Positions 29,403 to 38,957 of a DNA stretch of 64,000 nt are shown here, in pieces. A program made the position numbers and the translations under genes. Every line of letters starts with the position of its first letter. Position 1 is the stretch's first letter. The notes under the pieces were generated by a model, which had not been told where the DNA came from, ran no database searches, and saw nothing but the letters and a program-made list of their open reading frames with translations. This DNA is from an uncultured Verrucomicrobiae bacterium (lineage in GTDB: Bacteria > Verrucomicrobiota > Verrucomicrobiia > Limisphaerales > Palsa-1400): contig CAVXRD010000003.1 in NCBI GenBank assembly GCA_963764165.1, positions 288,001 through 352,000 on the forward strand, given 5' to 3'.

Positions 29403-29708
29403 TTAATCCTCTTTGCGGGTCTTTACCGCGGGCTTTTTCTTGTAGGGGGAATGGAGATTAAAATAAATGCCGCACAGGGGGCGGTCATTTTCGGTCTGGC
29501 TGAGAATGATCGTGACTTGCTTGTCCAGCGCGATGCCGTGGCGGAGATGCGGGCCGCGCGTCAAGTAAGTCTTGATCGCCTTGTCCATTAGCGAAATTAA
29601 AGCCGCCTTGCATTCCTCGGGAGTTTTATCGATGCACACGATGTGCTTATCGTAGGACTTGAGGGCCTCGATGATCTCCGCTTGAAATGTTTCGACGGTT
29701 AAATCCAT
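29403..29708 (-). CDS. Hypothetical protein
   Basis: Starts 3 bp after yggS; ends CGIYFNLHSPY + basic tail. Confidence 0.8.
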   Translation of the reverse strand: MDLTVETFQAEIIEALKSYDKHIVCIDKTPEECKAALISLMDKAIKTYLTRGPHLRHGIALDKQVTIILSQTENDRPLCGIYFNLHSPYKKKPAVKTRKED

Positions 29709-29711
29709 GCA

Positions 29712-30419
29712 TCAAATTTCGCCGGCGGCCGGTTTGAACGCCGTTCTCGCGCCCAAAAGAGCGCTGCCGACCCGTATCATAGTCGCTCCTTCTTCCACCG
29801 CCACTTCAAAATCACCACTCATGCCCATGCTCAATTGCGGCAGCGGCGCGCCGAGGATTTCCTCGCACTGCCCCTTCAACTCCCGCAGCCGGCGGAAGAC
29901 CGGGCGAACTTTCTCCGGATCCTGCGCGTAAGGCGCGACGGTCATCAAGCCGTGCAATTCGATTTTCGGCAGCGCGTTCAACTCACCCAACTCCGCCAGG
30001 ACTTTCTCCGGTGAGTAACCAAATTTGCTTGACTCGCCCGCCACGTTGACTTCAAGAAGGATGCGCATCGTCTTGGCGGATTTCTCGGCCCACTTGTTAA
30101 TTTCCTGGGCAAGGGCAAGGCTGTCGACACTTTGAATCATCTCGAAAAAATGCACGGCGTCGCGGCATTTGTTGGATTGCAGATGGCCGATCATGTGCCA
30201 ATGAAGGCGGTTCGAGCACTGGCCAATTTTCACCTTCGCCTCCTGCACGCGATTTTCCCCAAAAATTGTCAAACCTAATTCCGCGGCGGCGGTGACCGTC
30301 TGGGCCGGGTGGCCTTTCGAAACCGTGACAAGCGTGACAGAAGAAGCATCGCGACCCGACCGGGCGCAGGCGGCGGAAATGCGCTGCCGGACGCTCGTCA
30401 GGTTGGCCGCGATGTCCAT
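29712..30419 (-). CDS. yggS: PLP homeostasis protein, YggS family
   Basis: VSKG, FGENRVQE, WHMIGHLQSNK, LSMGMSGDF, IRVGS. Confidence 0.95.
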   Translation of the reverse strand: MDIAANLTSVRQRISAACARSGRDASSVTLVTVSKGHPAQTVTAAAELGLTIFGENRVQEAKVKIGQCSNRLHWHMIGHLQSNKCRDAVHFFEMIQSVDSLALAQEINKWAEKSAKTMRILLEVNVAGESSKFGYSPEKVLAELGELNALPKIELHGLMTVAPYAQDPEKVRPVFRRLRELKGQCEEILGAPLPQLSMGMSGDFEVAVEEGATMIRVGSALLGARTAFKPAAGEI

Positions 30420-30422
30420 AAA

Positions 30423-31475
30423 TCAGTTCAACCCGGCCGTTTCCGGGAAACCGCGCATGATATTCATGCTCTGCACCGCCTGCCCGCTCGCGCCTTTCGT
30501 GACGTTGTCGATCGCGCTGATCACGATGAGCCTGCCGGTGCGGGAATCGAGCCGCCACGCGATTTCGATGACATTGCTGCCGGTCACATTCTTGGTATCA
30601 GGGAGCGCATTGCCTTCGACGAGACGCACAAAGGGTTCGCTGGCGTAGGCGTCCTGGTAACAGCGAGTAATCTTCTCGCGCAATTCCGCCAGCGCAGCCT
30701 CGCTTTCGATTCGCTTTGCCGGTGTCAAATAAAGAGTCGTGAGAATGCCGCGATTCACCGGGATCAAATGCGGTGTAAACTGAATAATCACTTTCGCGCC
30801 CGCGGCCAAACCAAGTTGCTCCTCAATCTCCGAAAGGTGGCGATGCTTGGGAATTCCGTAGGGGCGAACGCTCTCGTTGCATTCCGGAAAAAGATAATCC
30901 AATTCGACCTTGCGCCCTGCCCCGCTCACCCCGCTCATGGAATCCGCGATGATGTTGTTGCTGTCAATAATACCCGCCTTCAACAACGGAATTACCGGCA
31001 GCAAAATGCTGGTCGGATAACAGCCCGGGGAAGCGATCAGGGAAGCGCTTTTGATGGCGTCCCGATACACCTCCGGCAATCCGTAAACGGAGCGTTCGAG
31101 AAGCTCCGGCGCGGGATGATCGTGACCGTAGAATTCCTTGTAAACCGCCGCGCTGTTGAGCCGAAAATCCGCGCTTAAGTCGATGACTTGGCAGCCTTGG
31201 TCGAGCAAAGGAGTGGCGAATTCCGCCGCGACACCGTGAGGCAAAGCGAGGAAAACGACATCGGCGGATTTGGCCAGCAAATCCGCTTGCGGTTCGCAAA
31301 ACCGAAGGGTTTTGGCCTTTGGATCGTTGCCGAATTTTGGGAAAATGCGGGCCACCGTCTGCCCGGCGTATTGACGCGACGTCACCGCAGCCAGCTCGGC
31401 GTGCGGGTGACGTAAAAGCAGGCGCACCAATTCCTCGCCCGAGTAACCGGACGCGCCCACGATGGCGGCCTTCAT
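30423..31475 (-). CDS. argC: N-acetyl-gamma-glutamyl-phosphate reductase
   Basis: VGASGYSG, DLSADFRL, PGCYPT, SGVSGAGR, DNVTKGASGQAVQ. Confidence 0.97.
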   Translation of the reverse strand: MKAAIVGASGYSGEELVRLLLRHPHAELAAVTSRQYAGQTVARIFPKFGNDPKAKTLRFCEPQADLLAKSADVVFLALPHGVAAEFATPLLDQGCQVIDLSADFRLNSAAVYKEFYGHDHPAPELLERSVYGLPEVYRDAIKSASLIASPGCYPTSILLPVIPLLKAGIIDSNNIIADSMSGVSGAGRKVELDYLFPECNESVRPYGIPKHRHLSEIEEQLGLAAGAKVIIQFTPHLIPVNRGILTTLYLTPAKRIESEAALAELREKITRCYQDAYASEPFVRLVEGNALPDTKNVTGSNVIEIAWRLDSRTGRLIVISAIDNVTKGASGQAVQSMNIMRGFPETAGLN

Positions 31476-31480
31476 GGAAA

Positions 31481-31876
31481 TTACCGCTTGCTGTATTGGA
31501 AGCGTTTGCGTGCGCCCGGCTGGCCGTATTTTTCGCGTTCGCGCATACGCGGATCGCGGGTCAGGAGACCGGCAGTCTTGAGCGTCGGACGCAAAGCGGC
31601 GTCAACCGTCAAAAGCGCGCGGGCGATGCCGTGCCGGACGGCTCCGGCCTGGCCCATGGGCCCACCGCCACCGACATTGATGCGGATATCATACTTCGCG
31701 AGGCTCTCGGTCACGGCCAAAGGCTTGACGGCGAGCGTGCGCAGCGTGTCGGTGGGGAAATAAATCTCAAACGGGCGGCCGTTCACGACGATTTTTCCCG
31801 AACCGGTCGCCAAACGAACGCGGGCAACCGCGGTTTTGCGGCGGCCCGTACCAAGAAATTCTTTTGTCTCAGCCAT
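31481..31876 (-). CDS. rpsI: 30S ribosomal protein S9
   Basis: [12 protein letters not shown]...[10 protein letters not shown]. Confidence 0.99.
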   Translation of the reverse strand: MAETKEFLGTGRRKTAVARVRLATGSGKIVVNGRPFEIYFPTDTLRTLAVKPLAVTESLAKYDIRINVGGGGPMGQAGAVRHGIARALLTVDAALRPTLKTAGLLTRDPRMREREKYGQPGARKRFQYSKR

Positions 31877-31888
31877 ATTATAAAGTGG

Positions 31889-32323
31889 TTATTTAACTGC
31901 CGCGAGCGTGGCGGGCTGTTGCGCCGAATGTGGATGCTTCGCTCCCTTGTAAACTTTCAGCTTGGTCATCAGGACGCGGCCAAGACGGTTCTTCGGAACC
32001 ATTCCGCGCACGGCATGAGTGATGAGCTTCTCGGGATGCTTGGCGCGGACTTGCGCGACGGTGGCGTATTTCTCGCCGCCCTTCCAGCCCGAGTAAGACA
32101 TGAATTCCTTGTCCGTTTCCTTCTTGCCGGTGACCTTGATTTTCTCGGCATTGATCACAACGACGAAATCTCCGGCGTCGAGGTGGTGGGTAAAGACGGG
32201 TTTGTTGCGTCCGCGCAAAATATCGGCAACTTGAACGGCGAGGCGGCCCAAAACAGCACCGTCGGCGTCGACGACATGCCATTTGCGCTGATCCAAATGA
32301 TTTTTCGGCAAATACGTTTTCAT
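31889..32323 (-). CDS. rplM: 50S ribosomal protein L13
   Basis: KWHVVDA, LGRLA, GDFVVVINA, HPHSAQQP. Confidence 0.99.
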   Translation of the reverse strand: MKTYLPKNHLDQRKWHVVDADGAVLGRLAVQVADILRGRNKPVFTHHLDAGDFVVVINAEKIKVTGKKETDKEFMSYSGWKGGEKYATVAQVRAKHPEKLITHAVRGMVPKNRLGRVLMTKLKVYKGAKHPHSAQQPATLAAVK

Positions 32324-32350
32324 CAGTTCCTTCTCATCAAAGGAGCGGTG

Positions 32351-32378
32351 AACCTACCAAACACCCGCCCAATGTCAA
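32351..32378 (-). promoter_or_regulatory. Putative sigma70 promoter of rplM-rpsI
   Basis: TTGACA-N16-TAGGTT with an extended -10 TG. Confidence 0.6.
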
Positions 32379-32567
32379 CAGATAATTACGCAGAATTCTG
32401 CTTCCCCTCAAATTCCCTCCCTAAAGGTAGGCCAAGACTCCGTCGAGCCCTGTAAATAATCAGGCCTACGTCACCCACAGACACCCGCAGAAAACGTCCG
32501 TTTCAAGTTTGCTCTTAATGCACGGGCTGTGATAGGCTCGGTCCTACCGAGCAAAACAGCCGATTTT

Positions 32568-32837
32568 ATGACCACAACCGTCACAGAGAGCAATCAGGTG
32601 AGCATCCCGCCGGAAATCGCCCGCGAATTTGGGATTCATCCGGGAACGGAGTTGGAGTGGGAGAAAACTGGCGACGGAACGATCCTCATCCGGCCGTTGT
32701 CCAGCCGAGGTGAATTGGCCCGCCAGCTCATGGGCGCGGGAAAGCGCTGGCTGAAGCCCGGCGCTGATCCAATCGGCGACCTAATTAAAGATCGTGCGTT
32801 GGACGACAAGCTGGATCAAGCCGACGAACGGCGATGA
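32568..32837 (+). CDS. AbrB/MazE/SpoVT-type antitoxin
   Basis: TTTVTESNQVSIPPEIAREFGIHPGTELEW..GTILIRP. Confidence 0.85.
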   Translation: MTTTVTESNQVSIPPEIAREFGIHPGTELEWEKTGDGTILIRPLSSRGELARQLMGAGKRWLKPGADPIGDLIKDRALDDKLDQADERR

Positions 32838-33281
32838 CTCATTTGCTGGATACATCCGCTCTGGTGAACCGCCGGCTGAGACTCGCATCCCGCGAAGATC
32901 ACCACGCTGACGAACATGATTGGAACGGTGTGGCACATAATCATCCGGCTCTCAAACTCCTCGCCGTAGCCCCAGTAGTAGTCACCAAACACCCAACAGC
33001 GAGAAATACAAAAAAAAGAACTGAGACTAGTCCAGCGAGCCGATGATGTCGTTCGCTCATTTTTAGCCAATGACGTGATAGTGCTCGATAGACGATGGAA
33101 AGCACGATCCAGCCCGACAACATGAAAAAAACTCGGCAACGAATCGGACCCCTCGAATATCATCGGCAATTCCAAGAAACACAGTGTCGAAATTACAAAT
33201 AAAGCTCCAAATCCCACACGACACCAGTCCGCACGCTCGAACCACCCTCAAGTCTCTTTCACCGCTGGTCATGGCAGTCAT
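32816..33281 (-). pseudogene. Probable multi-TM membrane protein split by frameshifts
   Basis: Three overlapping minus-strand ORFs each give hydrophobic segments; T7 and T8 runs lie near the junctions. Confidence 0.4.
32834..32866 (+). pseudogene. 5' stub of a VapC/PIN toxin
   Basis: ATGA-coupled to the antitoxin; MTHLLDTSAL is a typical PIN beta1 motif, and the similarity stops there. Confidence 0.65.
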
Positions 33282-33431
33282 ACTTGGAGTTCGTTTCGAT
33301 AGAGAATTTGCGCCAACAGTCCCCTTGAAGCAAATCGAATTCCGCCGAAATTGCGCCACGCACAGGCGACGATAAATGACGCTCCATTGCGGCTCTGCTT
33401 CTTTGCGCCCTTGCGTTAAAGACCCCCAATT

Positions 33432-34145
33432 CTAACGCGCAACTACATCAATCTCGCTGTAAAAGGTGTTGCCCCAGCGGTCGGTTTCTTCGGTTCTATG
33501 GCAGTCAAATAGAAGATAGCGGTAGCGGCCGACGTCGCCATGCGATGCGGTTATGGAAACGCCGTATTGCCCTCCCGGCGGGCCGCTCTTGGGCCTTGTG
33601 TCCACTTGGGCCAGGTATTTCCAGCCTTGCTCGGTTGGGTCGCCGATGGCCAGGGCGGCGCGGTCGAAATCGCCCGCGGAAGAATCTCGCGCGTAGAGCT
33701 TGTAAAGCTGCGGGCCGCGATCGCTCGTGTGCCAGGAATAGGTGTTGATCTGCGCGATGTCTGTGTCCTTGTTCAAATCCACCAGAAATCGCCCGCCATA
33801 GTTGCCGTCGTTGAAGCAAAAGTTCTCTTCTGGCGAATCCTGACCGTCAGGGACTCGTCCGTCGTTGAGATTTCGGATCTTCCATTGCGGCCCGCTGGTA
33901 ATGAGCGAAAATTGGGCAAACGTGGCGGCATCCGTCGCAGAAGGCTTGGGAACCTGTGTAAAATTGAATGCCGTCGTGGCGCGCTCGTTGGGAATGCGTT
34001 CGGCAACGATCTCCAAATTTCCCATCGGCCTGCTGTAATTCGGGAACCTGGCGCCAATGCTGCGGAGCCACAACCCAAGCGTCAGCAAATTCGTCACAAC
34101 CAACGTTGCGATGATGGCTGTGGCAGGCTTTTGTTTGTACCACAT
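33432..34145 (-). CDS. Membrane-anchored protein with galactose-binding/discoidin-like beta-sandwich
   Basis: N-terminal TM; LNDG, VDL..IAQINTYSWH..RGPQ.YKLY, RYRYLLFD, FYSEIDV. Confidence 0.75.
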   Translation of the reverse strand: MWYKQKPATAIIATLVVTNLLTLGLWLRSIGARFPNYSRPMGNLEIVAERIPNERATTAFNFTQVPKPSATDAATFAQFSLITSGPQWKIRNLNDGRVPDGQDSPEENFCFNDGNYGGRFLVDLNKDTDIAQINTYSWHTSDRGPQLYKLYARDSSAGDFDRAALAIGDPTEQGWKYLAQVDTRPKSGPPGGQYGVSITASHGDVGRYRYLLFDCHRTEETDRWGNTFYSEIDVVAR

Positions 34146-34149
34146 GGCT

Positions 34150-35088
34150 TTACTCTTGAACGATCGTATCGCCGTCCGGCTTGGCCAGCGCCGATGTTCT
34201 TTGCTGCATCCACGTCCAGTCTTTAATGTCGGCGGTGTTATCGGGGTCAATCTGGCGGGCGCCAACAGCCGAACCCTTTGTGCCGGGGCTCATCCAATGA
34301 TGCGATTCGGAATGGCCGTCGGCAAAAGCAAAACCGCAGCCGCCATCGTGGTAAGTGCCCGGATTATCGACCCAACCCGGCCCGCCCGCCCTTGGGCCTT
34401 CCATCTCAAATGCGAACGCCGCGTCGTTTAACCCGCGAACATCCTCGTCCACCAGCACCCAAAGCATGCCAGGCCCCGGCGTGCTGATTTGCGATAATTT
34501 CCCGTACGTGTGCCACGGCGAATCGCGCCGATGATTCTCGCGATTATTGAGCCACGGCCCATTGACCGAAAGCGAGGGCACCCCGGTGTGCGGTCCTCTG
34601 CGGCCCCTGCTATCGTAACCGGGATCAATCGTGCCGACCGCCTGGCTCATCGAAAAAGTCCGCACCGCCGGAATGCTGCGGCCCTTCATGGTTGGATCGG
34701 TTCCCTGATACTTGCCGAGGCGGAGATCGCCGGGGCAATGAAACAATTGAATGTTGCCGGCCAGATAGGTTATGAGCAGCGAAAGCTTCTGGTCTTTAAG
34801 GACATCAGGGTCGAATTCCTGCGGCCCGCCCACCCCGGCCTGGCCCGAACACCAGTTGTAACCCGGCAGAACATTCCCATCGTCCGGATTTGGAGGAAAG
34901 AGATCGTGGAAATCGCTCGTGTACATCGTCATCGCCGCCATCATTTGCTTGCCATTGTTCAGGCAATAAACCCCCTGGGCCTTCCCTTTGCCCTTGGACA
35001 AGACAGGCAGCAATAAACCGGCGAGAATGCCGATTATTGCGATTACGACGAGCATTTCCACCAAAGTGAAGCCACGCCTTTTACCCAT
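34150..35088 (-). CDS. Prepilin-type N-terminal cleavage/methylation protein with H-X9-DG motif
   Basis: RGFTLVEMLVVIAIIGILAGLLLP; HDGGCGFAFADGHSE. Confidence 0.9.
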   Translation of the reverse strand: MGKRRGFTLVEMLVVIAIIGILAGLLLPVLSKGKGKAQGVYCLNNGKQMMAAMTMYTSDFHDLFPPNPDDGNVLPGYNWCSGQAGVGGPQEFDPDVLKDQKLSLLITYLAGNIQLFHCPGDLRLGKYQGTDPTMKGRSIPAVRTFSMSQAVGTIDPGYDSRGRRGPHTGVPSLSVNGPWLNNRENHRRDSPWHTYGKLSQISTPGPGMLWVLVDEDVRGLNDAAFAFEMEGPRAGGPGWVDNPGTYHDGGCGFAFADGHSESHHWMSPGTKGSAVGARQIDPDNTADIKDWTWMQQRTSALAKPDGDTIVQE

Positions 35089-35432
35089 AGTATGTATTAG
35101 ACACCGCTCCCGCCAATTCGTTTTGGAAAAACTTGAAAAAGCGATCGGAAATGACAGGAAATCCGTCCTTTTATCCGGCTCGGGATCGGTCGTGAGGAAT
35201 CTTGGCCGCGTCAAATAATCGATTCAAAACTTTCGGCGACCCCGAATAGGCTAAATGGGCGCGATTCGTGCTCCTGCTAACTTCAACTTGCTGCCTTCTG
35301 CGAAGTCCGGAGGGAGTGCGCGATATTTCGTGGAAGCGGGCTGGCGCATCCAGCCACCAAGGACACCCCGCTTGTTAGAACAGTGAGAAACAGCCGCTTC
35401 ACGGGTTTCATATCTCCATGCCACGTCAATTC

Positions 35433-36309
35433 CTAATTCGCGGCCACAAGCGCAGAGCTCCAATCGTCAATATTTCGCTGCCCTGTCTTGGCGAATGAAT
35501 TTATTGTTTGCGTTTCCCGGTCGAGATAGAAAATCTCACCGTTAGCGGGATCCATAAAATAAACCCTTCCCCCGGTTCGGTCGGGCTGGATTTGTGACGA
35601 GAAATTGCCACCCAGCGGCTTGCGCAAAAATTCCTTACCCGTGGCGGCATCCACCATGACAATTTCAGTGATAGTATGGGCCGCCATCGCAGCGGGCATC
35701 AGTTCTTTGTTTTCGCCCCAAATCAAACTCGGTTTTCCACCGATCTCCCGCACGAAGACTTTGCTTATCGCGTCCGCGCTGGCAAATCTTTTGGCTCCAT
35801 GGGAGTCGTCGCCAGAAGGAAGCGCGGGAACGGGATGCGCCTCCCCCGTCCTCCAGTTTGCTTCGCTATAACCAAAGTGATATTTGTTAGTTCCCTGCTT
35901 TTCGAAACTCTGAAAATATACAGTTGAGTCTTTGGATCGAACAGTCACCGTTTCCGCAACAGATCTCTTCAGTCCCCACGAATGAGCGCCTTCAAGAATT
36001 TTGTCTGTCACGACCACCGATGTTTTCCTGTCAACGACCACCAGGCGGTCTCCCTTCCCGTGTTCGCCATCGACCCGCAAAAGAGCCACCGAATCTTCAT
36101 CCGACCCATACCACACCGGCCCGTCAAGCTTGGCAATTTCCTTGCCGCCATCCACCGTGAATCTCATCAATCGAAAACCTCGGTACTGCATTCGTCTCAG
36201 GCGGAGCGATGACTAATACGCCCGGCGCAGCGTTAGACAGGCTCGCCGCCAAGGACGCTAGCAGTGAAAGGCAGAAAGCGAACCAAAGCGAATTCTTAGA
36301 GTGGCGCAT
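35433..36309 (-). pseudogene. Secreted beta-propeller-like protein with a frameshift after the signal peptide
   Basis: Signal peptide in ORF 36124..36309; body in another frame (35433..36191) preceded by an in-frame TAG. Confidence 0.6.
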
Positions 36310-37263
36310 ACCGCAGGAAGTTTAGATCAAATCCCACGAACTGTCCATGCACGATGCGAGCCTCGCGACTCTAAAACGCATGCCTTGCAACTTTGCGACT
36401 TTGCAGCGCTATCTCGAGAAAGTCTGCATTTTGGGCAAAATTTTGACATAGTTTACAGGATGGGTTCTGGGTCCGATCAGATCGGGCGCAAGCCAAAGTT
36501 CTTTGCGACCTTCGTGTCCTTGTTGTTAAGAGTCTTTTTTTAGATTCCGACAGCGTGGCGCGCATGGTTTTTGCCGAGCCAGCCGGAAACGGCAAGAAAA
36601 TGGAACAGCAAGCACACAAAGGAGCGAAGAGGAAAAGGCGTTAAAGCATGCTATCGGGCCAAGCTCTGCGCTCGATGGCATTCAAAGCGCGATGAAACCA
36701 GATGCCGGGCGGAAAAGACTTTCGCGCAGAGAAGATGAGTGCGCAGAGGAACACCACGACAAATCTCCAACACCGAAAACAGTGAGGAGCCTTTATTGGT
36801 TGCGGCTCTGCCGCGCTGTGCCTTGCGCCCTTTTGTTGAATTCCCCTTAGAAAACAAAGACATTAACGCAAAGGCGCAAAGAATCGGACAATTCCAATAC
36901 GCAGACCAGCCACATTTCGACAGATTTCGATGAGATCCCCCTTTTCATGAAAAAAAATGCGGAAAATCGTGCTAAAAAACCTCTGCTGGGTTTTCTGTTT
37001 TCCTTTGGATGTGCCAGACTGCTTCCATGAATATATATTGCAGTGCTGAGATGATAGGACGGTGGACCGGGATTTTTGGCGGTGCGGTTTCGTTAAGTCG
37101 CAACACGCCAAGCGAGCCGCTGCGGCAGCCGTCGGCTGCGAGAAACTTTGGCGCAGTCGCACCAAATCGCAGCTAGTCGCACCAAATCGCACCACTTTTT
37201 TCTAAAAACGTGCCAATGTTCGAAGCGGCTGATCGACGGACGGATGAACTATACCCAAAATAA

Positions 37264-38805
37264 ATGAAATTCCAGCACTCACCGCAGGATTTTGCGCGCT
37301 GGCAGAAGGCGCAGGAGCTTTTGCTGGGCGGGCAATATGGCCCCGCGCTCGCAGCTTATCGCGATCTGGCCCGCCGCCATTCGGCCACGCCGCAATTGTG
37401 GTTCGAACTCGGGAATGCGGCCGCCGGCGAACTTGACTTCGCGCTCGCCAACCAGGCTTATCAGCGCGTCCGCGAACTCGCGCCGGGCAATTCCTCTTTG
37501 TTGAGTTCGCTCGGGCTTCAATACCAGACGCTGCGCCAATTGGACGATGCGCGCGATTGCTTCGAGAGCGCGGTGAAGGCTGCCCCGGATTCGGTGGACG
37601 CGCTGATTAATCTCGCCGTCTGGTTCGAGAAGGAACGCCGCCTCGACGAGGCTTGGGAATGTGTCCAGCGGTGCCTGGCCAGGCATCCGCGCGACGATCA
37701 AGCTCGATATTTTCGCGCCGTCCTCTTGCATCGCAAGAAACAATACGCCGAGGCGGAGACGGCGCTGCGCAATTTAATCCATGACGGCCCGCAGTATCCG
37801 TATGTCAAATACGCAGCGCCCCATTTGCTGGGCGTGGTGCTCGATCAACTGGGGAACTACGCCGAGGCGATGACCTGGCTGTTGAAAGCGAAGGCCGTCG
37901 TCCACACTATCACCGACATTTCCGCGCTGGAGCGAGCTTATGACGAATCCGACCTCCGGCGCAGGGAGTTGCTCGCGGAATTGACGCCGGAAATGATTCG
38001 GCGATGGCGGCAGGAACCGCCCGCCTCGACGGAGCCATACCGTTTCGCGTTCCTTGGCGGACATCCCCGCAGCGGCACCACCCTGCTCGAACAAATCCTC
38101 GATGCCAACCCCGCCGTGCTCGCGTTCGACGAGCCGCATTCGTTTCATCAAGAGGTGGAAAAGAAAATCCAATTCAAACCCAGGCCAAAACTTTCGATCC
38201 AGCTTGATTCTTTGCCCGCGTCGTACCGGGCCAAATTGCGCGGGCGCTATTTGAAAAGCCTGCTGCGCGAAGCACCCGAGCGCCCGCCGCAAAGCGTGCT
38301 GGTGGACAAAAATCCGTCCCCCACCATGTTGCTCAACGTGTGGCTGCGGGTTTTTCCGGAATTGAAAGTGATCATCGCCCTGCGCGATCCGCGCGATGTC
38401 CTGATTAGCTGTTTTTTCCTGAACATTCTGCTCAACGCGACCAACGCCAATTTCCTGAGCCTCGAACGCACCGCCAAACATTACTCGGACTTGATGGATG
38501 TCTGGCTGCGCATGAGGGAGCTTGGCGGATTCGACTGGATTGAGTCGCGCTATGAAGATGTCGTGGATGACCCGGAAAAAGAAGGGCGAAAAGTGACGGA
38601 ATTTCTGGGACTTGAGTGGCACGAAAACCAAGCCCGCTCGCACGAAACGGCAAGAAGAAAAGTCCTCTACGCGCCAACGTATCACGACGTCACGCAACCC
38701 GTATACCGCCGGGCGGTCGGCCGATGGGAGCATTACGCGGAGGCACTGGCTCCGCTGCAGGCGAGGATGGCGCCATATTGCCGGGCTTTCGGGTATGCGG
38801 TTTAG
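37264..38805 (+). CDS. TPR-repeat sulfotransferase family protein
   Basis: N-terminal TPRs; PAPS motif GHPRSGTTLLEQIL; DKNP, RDPRD, RYEDVV. Confidence 0.92.
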   Translation: MKFQHSPQDFARWQKAQELLLGGQYGPALAAYRDLARRHSATPQLWFELGNAAAGELDFALANQAYQRVRELAPGNSSLLSSLGLQYQTLRQLDDARDCFESAVKAAPDSVDALINLAVWFEKERRLDEAWECVQRCLARHPRDDQARYFRAVLLHRKKQYAEAETALRNLIHDGPQYPYVKYAAPHLLGVVLDQLGNYAEAMTWLLKAKAVVHTITDISALERAYDESDLRRRELLAELTPEMIRRWRQEPPASTEPYRFAFLGGHPRSGTTLLEQILDANPAVLAFDEPHSFHQEVEKKIQFKPRPKLSIQLDSLPASYRAKLRGRYLKSLLREAPERPPQSVLVDKNPSPTMLLNVWLRVFPELKVIIALRDPRDVLISCFFLNILLNATNANFLSLERTAKHYSDLMDVWLRMRELGGFDWIESRYEDVVDDPEKEGRKVTEFLGLEWHENQARSHETARRKVLYAPTYHDVTQPVYRRAVGRWEHYAEALAPLQARMAPYCRAFGYAV

Positions 38806-38957
38806 CGTCTCCCCCTAATGTGGTATGGCTAAGGGCTATAGTGAAGGTATAGTCAGCCTGTTTTTGGCGGACTGATAGCTATGTCACGAGAAACCATTTG
38901 ACCTAAATCCAAATCTAAACCTGGCTCGCCGCGAAAGAACCCACTCCAACCGAAACT

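Noticed and set aside
37150..37200. CRISPR-like repeat
   Set aside because: Only two 16-bp units 4 bp apart, with no spacers and no cas genes.
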